A stretch of DNA of 32,000 nt from an uncultured Gammaproteobacteria bacterium (GTDB lineage Bacteria; Patescibacteriota; Microgenomatia; Daviesbacterales; UBA10151), in NCBI GenBank assembly GCA_964360965.1, contig CAYHYM010000002.1:40412-72411 (forward strand), in the 5' to 3' direction. Shown one piece after another: positions 7,557 to 14,805 of the stretch (its first letter is position 1; each line of letters begins with the position of its first letter). A model generated the notes under the pieces. The model worked only from the letters and a program-made list of their open reading frames with translations. It was not told the origin of the DNA and ran no database searches. The position numbers and the translations under genes were made by a program.

Positions 7557-7586
7557 CGATTTATATCGTAAATATTTCTAATTTTT

Positions 7587-7595
7587 TGGTAGAAT
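7587..7595 (+). promoter_or_regulatory. extended -10 promoter (TGGTAGAAT) for the tRNA-Thr pair
   Basis: This is the same 9-mer as the M50 protease promoter. It lies 11 nt upstream of the first tRNA 5' end. Confidence 0.4.
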
Positions 7596-7606
7596 ATACT
7601 GTGTGT

Positions 7607-7681
7607 GCCTCCTTAGCTCAATGGTAGAGCAACGGTTCTGTAAACCGTCGACGACAGTTCGATTTCTGTCAGGAGGCTCCA
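7607..7681 (+). tRNA. tRNA-Thr(UGU), non-canonical details
   Basis: Manual cloverleaf: acceptor GCCTCCT/AGGAGGC, D arm GCTC-AATGGTA-GAGC, anticodon arm ACGGT-TCTGTAA-ACCGT, T arm GACAG-TTCGATTT-CTGTC, with CCA encoded. Oddities are C rather than U at position 33 and an 8-nt T loop. Confidence 0.7.
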
Positions 7682-7706
7682 TGTTTACAGTGAGCGAAGC
7701 CGAACT
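7682..7706. repeat. GC-rich dispersed element fragment (TGAGCGAAGCCGAA) in the tRNA spacer
   Basis: The 14-mer TGAGCGAAGCCGAA is identical to the reverse complement of part of 10741-10790. Confidence 0.5.
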
Positions 7707-7778
7707 GCCGACATAGCTTAGTGGCAAAGCACTTCATTGGTAATGAAGAGAGCGCGGGTTCGATCCCCGCTGTCGGCT
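7707..7778 (+). tRNA. tRNA-Thr(GGU)
   Basis: Canonical cloverleaf: GCCGACA/TGTCGGC acceptor, anticodon loop TTGGTAA, T arm GCGGG-TTCGATC-CCCGC. CCA is not encoded. Confidence 0.9.
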
Positions 7779-7813
7779 CTGGATTTACTTAAGACTGAAG
7801 ACTTAATACAAAA

Positions 7814-8170
7814 ATGGCATTCAGATTTAGGAATTTTCCGATTTATGAGGATATACGTTCGTTCATTAAAGATATCTATCAATTGGCTAATAAGCTACCA
7901 AAACAGGAACAATTTGAACTAGCTTCTCAATTAAGGCGCGCAGCTACCTCTATATTACTTAATCTAGCAGAAGGTTCTATGAAAAGATCTGATGCGGAGT
8001 TTAATCGTTTTCTAATGATCTCAGTGGGTTCAGTAAGCGAAATTGTAGCTATTTTAGACGTTTGTTTTGACCTGGATTATATTAGTGCTCCAACACATCA
8101 ACAATTTATGCTAAAATGTGAATCTATTGCTAAAAGACTCTATGGTTTTAGTAGAAGATTAAAATCTTAA
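7814..8170 (+). CDS. four-helix-bundle protein (23S rRNA intervening-sequence protein family)
   Basis: 118 aa with the family hallmarks FELASQLRRAATSILLNLAEGSMKRSDAEFNRFLMISVGSVSEI. It sits between tRNA-Thr and rpmG and is flanked by TTACTTAAG-like motifs. Confidence 0.85.
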   Translation: MAFRFRNFPIYEDIRSFIKDIYQLANKLPKQEQFELASQLRRAATSILLNLAEGSMKRSDAEFNRFLMISVGSVSEIVAILDVCFDLDYISAPTHQQFMLKCESIAKRLYGFSRRLKS

Positions 8171-8203
8171 GTCTTTAGTGTTATGTATTAAGTATTTTGT
8201 AAT

Positions 8204-8377
8204 ATGGCTAAAAAGGGAAATAGACAATTAATATCTTTTCAATGTTCTGAATGTAAAAACAGGAATTATACCTCATCAAAAAACACTATCAATAGCAAAG
8301 ATCGTCTTACTTTGAACAAATTTTGTAAACATTGCAGAAAGCATACAGAGCACCAAGAGGTCAAAATAGGCAAATAA
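8204..8377 (+). CDS. rpmG: 50S ribosomal protein L33
   Basis: Not in the ORF track (57 aa). The translation is MAKKGNRQLISFQCSECKNRNYTSSKNTINSKDRLTLNKFCKHCRKHTEHQEVKIGK. This shows the bL33 pattern, with the two CxxC pairs, RNY and KHT.H.E.K. Confidence 0.85.
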   Translation: MAKKGNRQLISFQCSECKNRNYTSSKNTINSKDRLTLNKFCKHCRKHTEHQEVKIGK

Positions 8378-8455
8378 ACTAAATTTTTTCCTCTTAAAAT
8401 TTTAACCCCATATTTGACAAATGAGTTCGAACCATATATGATGGTTGTGAAACCC

Positions 8456-9115
8456 ATGCCCTATTCCATAGATACTAAAGAAAAAGCAATATCCCTTCGA
8501 AAACAGGGATACTCCATAAAAGAAGTTGCAGCACTACTCAATATAGCACAAAGCACATCTTCTTTATGGTTAAGGGAGATAATACTTTCACCTCAAGCAC
8601 AAGATCGCCTCAGAGATAGGAAAATTCTAGGGCAATATAAAGCTATTGAAACTCATAGAAAAAAGAGGTTATCTGTAATAAATGGATTCCATAAAATAGC
8701 TCTGGATGAATTATCAAAGGTTAAATTTAATAAAGCTATATATAAACTTTTGTGTGCGCTCTTTTTCTGGACAGAGGGAGGGAGATCAACAGATAGCTAT
8801 GTATATTTTATTAACTCTGATCCTGTTATGGTAAAAACTTTTGTCAAACTTCTTCATCTGTCTTTCCCTATTGAAGAAAGAAAACTGCGTGCTATGGTCC
8901 AAATACACGAGTATCATAACGATGTCGATACCAAGAAATTTTGGTCAGAAATAACACAAATTCCTGTTGGTCAATTCTCTAAAAGTTATTTAAAACCTCA
9001 TACAGGAAAAAGGATTAGAGACGGATACCAAGGAAGTATAAGAATAAGATATTACGATTATAAGATTGCATTAGAACTACGCGCATTCTATAATGTGTTG
9101 GCTCAAATAATATAG
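8456..9115 (+). CDS. HTH protein with a LAGLIDADG-homing-endonuclease-like C-terminal region (putative)
   Basis: The N-terminal HTH is KEKAISLRKQGYSIKEVAALLNIAQSTSSLWL. The C-terminal LFFWTEGGRS...VYFINSDPVMVKTFVKLL pattern resembles degenerate LAGLIDADG-type proteins. The start was chosen downstream of TTGACA (8414-8419) - 17 nt - TATGAT (8437-8442); in-frame ATGs also occur at 8438 and 8441. The stop codon overlaps tRNA-Trp by 2 nt. Confidence 0.45.
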   Translation: MPYSIDTKEKAISLRKQGYSIKEVAALLNIAQSTSSLWLREIILSPQAQDRLRDRKILGQYKAIETHRKKRLSVINGFHKIALDELSKVKFNKAIYKLLCALFFWTEGGRSTDSYVYFINSDPVMVKTFVKLLHLSFPIEERKLRAMVQIHEYHNDVDTKKFWSEITQIPVGQFSKSYLKPHTGKRIRDGYQGSIRIRYYDYKIALELRAFYNVLAQII

Positions 9116-9186
9116 GGGTGTAGCTCAGTTGGTAGAGCACTCGTCTCCAAAACGAGCGGTCGTAGGTTCGACTCCTACCGCCCCTG
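9114..9186 (+). tRNA. tRNA-Trp(CCA)
   Basis: Cloverleaf: AGGGGTG/CGCCCCT acceptor, D arm GCTC-AGTTGGTA-GAGC, anticodon loop CTCCAAA, T arm GTAGG-TTCGACT-CCTAC, discriminator G. It closely resembles classical bacterial tRNA-Trp. Confidence 0.9.
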
Positions 9187-9208
9187 CAAAATCTATCTAT
9201 ACAATGTA

Positions 9209-9237
9209 TTGACAATTAATGTACAAAAGGTTACTAT
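9209..9237 (+). promoter_or_regulatory. sigma70-like promoter of the toxin-antitoxin pair
   Basis: TTGACA (9209-9214) - 17 nt - TACTAT (9232-9237). The GTG start at 9244 lies 6 nt downstream, so the mRNA is probably leaderless. Confidence 0.4.
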
Positions 9238-9243
9238 ACTCAT

Positions 9244-9546
9244 GTGGCTTTTGGTATTAAGTTTAATGAGGAAAAAAATGAATTACTGAAAGCTACAAGA
9301 AAAGTTAGTTTTGAGGATGTCTTGGAGGCTTTCAAGGAAGAGAAACTGTTAGCTGATATTGCTCACCCAAGTCAAAAGCATCCTCATCAGAAATTATATG
9401 TAATAGAAATTAAAGGGTATGCATATGCAGTTCCCTATGTTTTAGATACTAGAAAACAAGAAATATTTTTGAAAACAGTCTATCCAAGTAGAACGTTGAC
9501 AAAAATATATTTGAAAGGTGAAAAGTATGAAAAAAAGAAAAAGTAA
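9244..9546 (+). CDS. BrnT-like (DUF497-type) toxin, putative
   Basis: 100 aa with a GTG start. The N-terminal F.EEKNELLKATRKVSFEDVLEAF and C-terminal IFLKTVYPSRTLTKIY resemble the BrnT layout (F.WD..KN...KHGVSFEEA ... IRIISAR.A...E...Y). It overlaps the downstream antitoxin-like gene. Confidence 0.5.
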   Translation: MAFGIKFNEEKNELLKATRKVSFEDVLEAFKEEKLLADIAHPSQKHPHQKLYVIEIKGYAYAVPYVLDTRKQEIFLKTVYPSRTLTKIYLKGEKYEKKKK

Positions 9547-9835
9547 TCTTTTTGATAATTTGCTTTTAGATAAGCAAGAAAAACTACTGGAAGAATCCTT
9601 GGAAAGAGGCGAATTTGAGGACAGTCCTAATTTTGAAAATACTAAGAGAATGTTGCAGGAAGCGGCAACCCGGTATTCGGAGTTGCATACTTCCAAACCA
9701 GTTACACTTAGGATCAACCAACTTGATTTAATTAAAATTAAAGCCAAAGCCAAACGAAAACAAATCCCCTATCAAACGCTGATCGGGGCTTTACTTCATG
9801 AGTATGCTGTAGGAGAAAAAGATTTAAGTCTATAA
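9527..9835 (+). CDS. BrnA-like antitoxin (CopG/RHH-type), putative
   Basis: The ATG at 9527 is preceded by AAAGGTGA. The C-terminal VTLRINQLDLIKIKAKAKRKQIPYQTLIGALLHEYAVGE matches the BrnA-type pattern (RL...L..LK..A...GIPYQTLI...LH.Y). Confidence 0.5.
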   Translation: MKKRKSNLFDNLLLDKQEKLLEESLERGEFEDSPNFENTKRMLQEAATRYSELHTSKPVTLRINQLDLIKIKAKAKRKQIPYQTLIGALLHEYAVGEKDLSL

Positions 9836-9857
9836 TACCTTCCAACATAGTCCTTCG
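9829..9857 (+). repeat. 29-nt direct repeat, copy 1 (TCTATAATACCTTCCAACATAGTsCTTCG)
   Basis: 28 of 29 nt are identical to 10718-10746. It contains the brnA-like stop codon and a TATAAT hexamer. Confidence 0.8.
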
Positions 9858-10015
9858 ATAAACTCACCATAAATTCACCAAGACCTGCCCAGTGTGCTTA
9901 TTTTGGACTATAATAGCAAGCTTTTCTAGGATCGCTCTAAATCAAGTCCCTAAATCCTAATAAAGGTTGACGCTTTGGAACTGCTACCTTTTTGATACAT
10001 CTTGAAAAGATATTA

Positions 10016-10552
10016 TTACTCTGCTTTTTTTGCAATTTCCCTAGGTTGATCCAAGAAATCATCTCTTAACCATAATCCTCCTACCCGTAAAATGGTCTCG
10101 ATATTTAAGGCATTTTTATAGACATATTCCTTGACTGGATTCATCATTGCATCTTCTTTTAGAGAAAGTAAAACATTCCTAGCTGTTTCTTGAACATCAT
10201 ATTCTGTATAATCTTTTGGTAAAGAATTTTTAAGATTCTTCAATAAAAATTCTTTACTCTCATCAAGAATTTTCTCTAAGCCACTTTCTCTAATTAACAT
10301 TGCACCATATTCTGTAGGCTGTAACGGGCTACCTGGTGCCTCTGTTAGTAAATGATCTAACTGAATTCCAGCACTTCTGAAATAAGTTTGAATTTCGATA
10401 ATAGCATTGCCCATCCTCTTAATGGATCTACCTAGAGGATCGAGCTTACGATTCAAAATAATCACTATGAAAAAAGCTAGAATAAGAAATGGTGTAATAT
10501 TACTTGGGGTAATCCCCACATATTTTAGAAATTCAAAAATTTCACTTAACAT
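10016..10552 (-). CDS. hypothetical protein with an N-terminal TM helix
   Basis: 178-aa ORF on the opposite strand to its neighbours and bracketed by the 29-nt direct repeats. It has one hydrophobic helix (ITPFLILAFFIVIIL). No recognised domain. Confidence 0.5.
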   Translation of the reverse strand: MLSEIFEFLKYVGITPSNITPFLILAFFIVIILNRKLDPLGRSIKRMGNAIIEIQTYFRSAGIQLDHLLTEAPGSPLQPTEYGAMLIRESGLEKILDESKEFLLKNLKNSLPKDYTEYDVQETARNVLLSLKEDAMMNPVKEYVYKNALNIETILRVGGLWLRDDFLDQPREIAKKAE

Positions 10553-10717
10553 TCTTTTCTCCCTCCCATCTAGCCATTATAATCTTGATTGTAACGTTTG
10601 GGTACTAATATTAAAAGTATCAAACTATCCCACCCATTTCGATTAAGCTATTACAGATTTATAAATCGATAAGATAAGCTAGGCATAGCTTTGAAGTAGA
10701 ATAAATCTATTATTTTC

Positions 10718-10746
10718 TCTATAATACCTTCCAACATAGTGCTTCG
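10718..10746 (+). repeat. 29-nt direct repeat, copy 2
   Basis: See 9829-9857. It is followed by the GC-rich element at 10741-10790. Confidence 0.8.
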
Positions 10747-10790
10747 GCTTCGCTCAGTATAAATTTACCCTTCGGTAAACTCAGGACAAG
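10741..10790. repeat. GC-rich dispersed element
   Basis: GCTTCGGCTTCGCTCAG...CCCTTCGGTAAACTCAGG. Its reverse complement carries the CCTGAGT, CCGAAGGGT and TGAGCGAAGCCGAA motifs shared with other copies. Confidence 0.5.
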
Positions 10791-10837
10791 CCAGGGCCTG
10801 CATATCAGAACGAACTTGACTATGTTAACATATAAGT

Positions 10838-12151
10838 ATGGCTGATGATCCACCAAGAAAGCAGCATGAGCATGCCTCTTTGATTTTCCCCAAAGACTTT
10901 TTATGGGGAACTGCCACATCTGCCCATCAGGTAGAAGGGAACAACTTTTTTAATGATTGGTGGGACTGGGAAATACGCCATCAGCCTTTATCCATGCGCT
11001 CAGGGCGAGCCTGTGACCAATATCATTTATATGAAAAAGATTTTAATCTGGCCCGCTCTTTGGGCCATAATGCCCACAGGTTATCTATTGAATGGTCCAG
11101 GATAGAACCCGAAGAAGGAAAATTTGATGAGGCTGAAATTGAGCATTATGTTAAGTTACTTAAATACCTTAAATCGCTTAATTTTAAGGTGATGTTGACT
11201 CTTTGGCACTTTACACTTCCGAAGTGGTTAGCAGATAGGGGTGGCTGGGAAAATGGTAAAACTGTTGATTATTTCATCAGATTTGTGGAAAAAATTGTAC
11301 CCAAACTAAAAGATGATATTGATCTATGGATCACCATCAATGAACCTGGAGTGGCTGTTTCTCAGGGGTATTTAGTGGCTGTTTGGCCTCCCCAAAAAAA
11401 GAGCAAATGGGCTGCTTTGAAAGCCTACTGGAATATGACCCAAGCTCACAAAAAAGCTTATAAAATCATCCATAGACTGGTACCAGACGCTCAAGTTGGT
11501 ATAGCCAATAACCTAGCTTCTTTTGATGCCTTTCATCACCACTCGGTCTTAGAAGGAATCTCTGAATGGGGACTAGATATTATTAATAATCACCTATTTT
11601 ATAAATTAACAGGCATGGGAACCCATGATTTTTTAGGCATTAACTATTACTTTAATCAGTATATTAGCTTCAGTGGCAAATCCAGATTTCCTTCCCTGGT
11701 TGATATCTCAACCACTAAAAAAGATGTTTCTGATATGGGATGGGAGATCTATCCGGAGGGGATGTTTGACATATTGATGGACTTTTCTGATTATCACAAA
11801 CCGATGTATATTACTGAAAATGGTTTGGCTTCTACCAATGATGATCGTAGGGTTAGGTTTTTACTCTCTTATCTTAAAGAAATTTATCATGCCATCCAAA
11901 CAGGAGCGGATGTGAAAGGATATTTTCATTGGAGTCTAATTGATAACTTTGAATGGACAGACGGCTTTACCCCCAGATTTGGTCTGATGGAAGTTGACTA
12001 TTCTACTCAGAAGCGTATTCCCAGACCCTCAGCTTATGTTTATCAAGAAATTATTAAGCATAATGGTATAGAACATAAAATGTTAAAACTACTTGGCCAT
12101 GGATTAAATGTAGAAGAGGAGCTAAAAAAGATGGCCAAAAAGGATCATTAA
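10838..12151 (+). CDS. glycoside hydrolase family 1 beta-glucosidase
   Basis: FPKDFLWGTATSAHQVEG at the N-terminus, the acid/base motif TINEPG and the nucleophile motif YITENG. The length is typical for GH1. Confidence 0.9.
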   Translation: MADDPPRKQHEHASLIFPKDFLWGTATSAHQVEGNNFFNDWWDWEIRHQPLSMRSGRACDQYHLYEKDFNLARSLGHNAHRLSIEWSRIEPEEGKFDEAEIEHYVKLLKYLKSLNFKVMLTLWHFTLPKWLADRGGWENGKTVDYFIRFVEKIVPKLKDDIDLWITINEPGVAVSQGYLVAVWPPQKKSKWAALKAYWNMTQAHKKAYKIIHRLVPDAQVGIANNLASFDAFHHHSVLEGISEWGLDIINNHLFYKLTGMGTHDFLGINYYFNQYISFSGKSRFPSLVDISTTKKDVSDMGWEIYPEGMFDILMDFSDYHKPMYITENGLASTNDDRRVRFLLSYLKEIYHAIQTGADVKGYFHWSLIDNFEWTDGFTPRFGLMEVDYSTQKRIPRPSAYVYQEIIKHNGIEHKMLKLLGHGLNVEEELKKMAKKDH

Positions 12152-12708
12152 TGACTGAACAAGTACAACCCCCTGATTTTCGTAGGCAGCTCTGGATTGA
12201 TCTTCTTAAAGCGGCGCGGGAAGGTAGACCAATCAGTGAACAGGACAAGAAGGCCTTAGAGTTAAGAAAGTTATGTCTTCAGGTAGCTGATACTTTAACA
12301 GATTTAGTGATTGATCCTAAGATTGAAAATAGTGTAGAAGAGGCTGAACTAGTTGCTAAGCTAGCAGATGAGTTACAAAACATCAAAGAATATGGTGTTG
12401 TAGGCAGTATGCATGTAGGGGACCCCCCAGAATCATTTAATACTACCCTCAAAATGACTGAATATCTGGCAGGACAAATTATAAACGCATTGGAACAAGC
12501 AACTTTAGTTACACCTACCCAGATTAATCCTCAACTAGAAGAATTTAGTGAGGTCTACCAGAAAACACCAGATGGAGTAATGGCTATGATGAATAGTGAC
12601 TATATCTCTCCAAACGTGACTGATTTTACTGTAATAGTTGGAGTTAGAAATTTAACACGCGCAAGACTTTACGCTGACTTAGAAAGTTCTCTAGAAAATC
12701 AGACCTAA
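12151..12708 (+). CDS. hypothetical protein
   Basis: 185-aa ORF joined to the GH1 gene by a TAATG stop/start overlap. Acidic, with no recognised motif. Confidence 0.5.
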   Translation: MTEQVQPPDFRRQLWIDLLKAAREGRPISEQDKKALELRKLCLQVADTLTDLVIDPKIENSVEEAELVAKLADELQNIKEYGVVGSMHVGDPPESFNTTLKMTEYLAGQIINALEQATLVTPTQINPQLEEFSEVYQKTPDGVMAMMNSDYISPNVTDFTVIVGVRNLTRARLYADLESSLENQT

Positions 12709-12764
12709 GAATAAAAAGGCGTAGCTTGAATGCTACAGTGTCCACATAGTATGGTAAATACAGT

Positions 12765-13661
12765 ATGAATTTTTTAACTATTACTGTCTTAGGTTATGCC
12801 TTAAATGGTTTGACTGTCTTAATTGATAAAATTTTACTCAATAAAGCTCTGCCACACCCCATTATTTATACCTTTTATATCTCTGTGATGGGTTTTGTGA
12901 CGATTTTTTTTGCCCCCTTTGGATTTCACCTAAATTTTGGAGTAGCGCTCTGGGGCACCCTAGCTGGTATTTTTGGAGTTTTGGGTACTGTTGCCTATTT
13001 TGAAAGTTTAAAACATGGAGAAGCTTCCACGGTCCCAGCTGTAATTGGGGCTCTAAATCCTATTTTTACTCTCATTTTAGGCTTTGCCCTATTTAAAGAT
13101 ACTTTAACTACTACCCAAATTTTAGCTTTTTTTACTTTACTTTTGGGAGCAGCTATTTTAACTACTAAGTACTGGATGAAAGTAAGAGTAAATAAACAAC
13201 TAGCTTTGATGTTCCTGTCAGGATTTTTATTTGCCCTGACAGCTTTAACCTTAAGAGAGTCTTTTTTAGCTAGTAATTTTATCTCAGGACTAGTAGTTAG
13301 TAGAGTAGCTGGAGGTTTGTTAGTGCTGCCACTTCTTTTTTCCTCTCATTTTAGAATCCAGATATTTGCTTCAAGGTTAACTAAACACCACTTTGCTAAT
13401 AAAACCTCTATGCTTTTATTAGGGGGGCAGTTAATGGGAGCTGTAGGAGGACTCCTTCTGACCTTTGCTATCTCCCTAGAAAATCCAGCTTTAGTTAATT
13501 CCCTGTTTGGAGTTCAATATCTGGTTATTCTAACAGTAGCTTTGAGTTTATATAAAAAGCATCCTCATCTTTTCGATGAGAGATTAACCAAATCTGTGGT
13601 CATTCAAAAAATTATAGGAGTATTATTTTTAAGTCTTGGTCTTTACCTACTGGCAACATAA
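12765..13661 (+). CDS. DMT-superfamily (EamA-like) permease
   Basis: 298 aa with about ten hydrophobic helices in two halves, which is the typical EamA duplication architecture. Confidence 0.5.
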   Translation: MNFLTITVLGYALNGLTVLIDKILLNKALPHPIIYTFYISVMGFVTIFFAPFGFHLNFGVALWGTLAGIFGVLGTVAYFESLKHGEASTVPAVIGALNPIFTLILGFALFKDTLTTTQILAFFTLLLGAAILTTKYWMKVRVNKQLALMFLSGFLFALTALTLRESFLASNFISGLVVSRVAGGLLVLPLLFSSHFRIQIFASRLTKHHFANKTSMLLLGGQLMGAVGGLLLTFAISLENPALVNSLFGVQYLVILTVALSLYKKHPHLFDERLTKSVVIQKIIGVLFLSLGLYLLAT

Positions 13662-13662
13662 C

Positions 13663-14694
13663 ATGAAGAAAGTATACAAAAAGATTAACCATACAAAACA
13701 TTTAATTATCATCGTAGCCTTGGGAATAGTTGGACTTTTTACTGTTTTAGTTATGGGTAATATTTATTATGAAAAAATTTATCCTGTCTCATCCAGTGTT
13801 CAATTTGGAGTCACTTTTTCTCCTTATTATGCTCAGGATTTAGGACAAGATTGGAAAACCACCTATTTAAGTTTAATCCAAGATTTAAAAGTTAAAAATA
13901 TCAGATTAAATAGCTACTGGGATATCATCCAACCTGCTCCAACCCAGTTTAATTTCCAAGATTTAGATTACATGTTTGATCTGGCCAGTAAAAATAATGT
14001 TAAAGTTTTATTGATAGTGGGCATTAAACAGTCTCGCTGGCCAGAGTGTAGAATTCCAGGGTGGGCCAAGGAGCTATCTTTAGGTGAACGTCGTCAAAAA
14101 AATCTAGAGTTTATAGAGAAAGTTATCACCAGATATCAAAATAACTCCAGTTTATGGGCTTATCAGGTAGAAAATGAACCTTTGCTTAACTATGGACATG
14201 CTTGTGATCCTCATGATAGAGATTATTTAAAACAAGAGGTGCAATTTGTTAAAAAATTAGATCCTCGAAAACCTATTATTCTAACTGATTCTGGAGAGCT
14301 AAGATTTTGGAGAACACCTATGCAGCTAGCTGATATTTTTGGTACTACCCTTTATCGTGAAACTTATAATCCCATCCTGGGCTATTTTTACTGGCCGCTA
14401 CCTCCTGCCTTTTATAATTTTAAATCTAGCTTAATTACCAAAATATTTGCCCAGGGAATTCAAAAAACCATTATTGTGGAGCTTCAAACTGAACCTTGGC
14501 TTCCTCAAGAACCCGCTAAAATACCAGTTGAGGATCAAATTGAGATTTTTGACTTAGATAATTTTAAAAATAATGTAGAGTTTGCCAGAAGAACTGGTTT
14601 TGATACCACTATTTTATGGGGGGTTGAGTGGTGGTATTATATGTCCTCAAAAAATCATCCAGAATATCTGGAATATGCCAAAACACTATTTTAA
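13663..14694 (+). CDS. membrane-anchored clan GH-A (TIM-barrel) glycoside hydrolase, family unassigned
   Basis: The start was moved to the ATG at 13663 (MKKVYKK), directly after the permease stop. An N-terminal TM helix is followed by NIRLNSYWDIIQP and the acid/base-like WAYQVENEP motif. A later Glu candidate lies in IIVELQTEPW. Confidence 0.5.
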   Translation: MKKVYKKINHTKHLIIIVALGIVGLFTVLVMGNIYYEKIYPVSSSVQFGVTFSPYYAQDLGQDWKTTYLSLIQDLKVKNIRLNSYWDIIQPAPTQFNFQDLDYMFDLASKNNVKVLLIVGIKQSRWPECRIPGWAKELSLGERRQKNLEFIEKVITRYQNNSSLWAYQVENEPLLNYGHACDPHDRDYLKQEVQFVKKLDPRKPIILTDSGELRFWRTPMQLADIFGTTLYRETYNPILGYFYWPLPPAFYNFKSSLITKIFAQGIQKTIIVELQTEPWLPQEPAKIPVEDQIEIFDLDNFKNNVEFARRTGFDTTILWGVEWWYYMSSKNHPEYLEYAKTLF

Positions 14695-14740
14695 AAAGAG
14701 CTGTCCCTGAGGTGTATCTCATCTTCTGCTAAATTCCCTC

Positions 14741-14769
14741 TTGCATAAATTCAATTCAATTTATAAAAT
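14741..14769 (+). promoter_or_regulatory. sigma70-like promoter upstream of the PBP gene
   Basis: TTGCAT (14741-14746) - 17 nt - TAAAAT (14764-14769). Confidence 0.35.
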
Positions 14770-14805
14770 GCCCTCAAAGAGAGAGTAGAATGCCTGCAGG
14801 TAAAA

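Noticed and set aside
7737-7922. ORFs overlapping tRNA genes (7737-7922 over tRNA-Thr and 9015-9215 over tRNA-Trp).
   Set aside because: They are read through tRNA sequence and overlap better-supported genes, so they are spurious.
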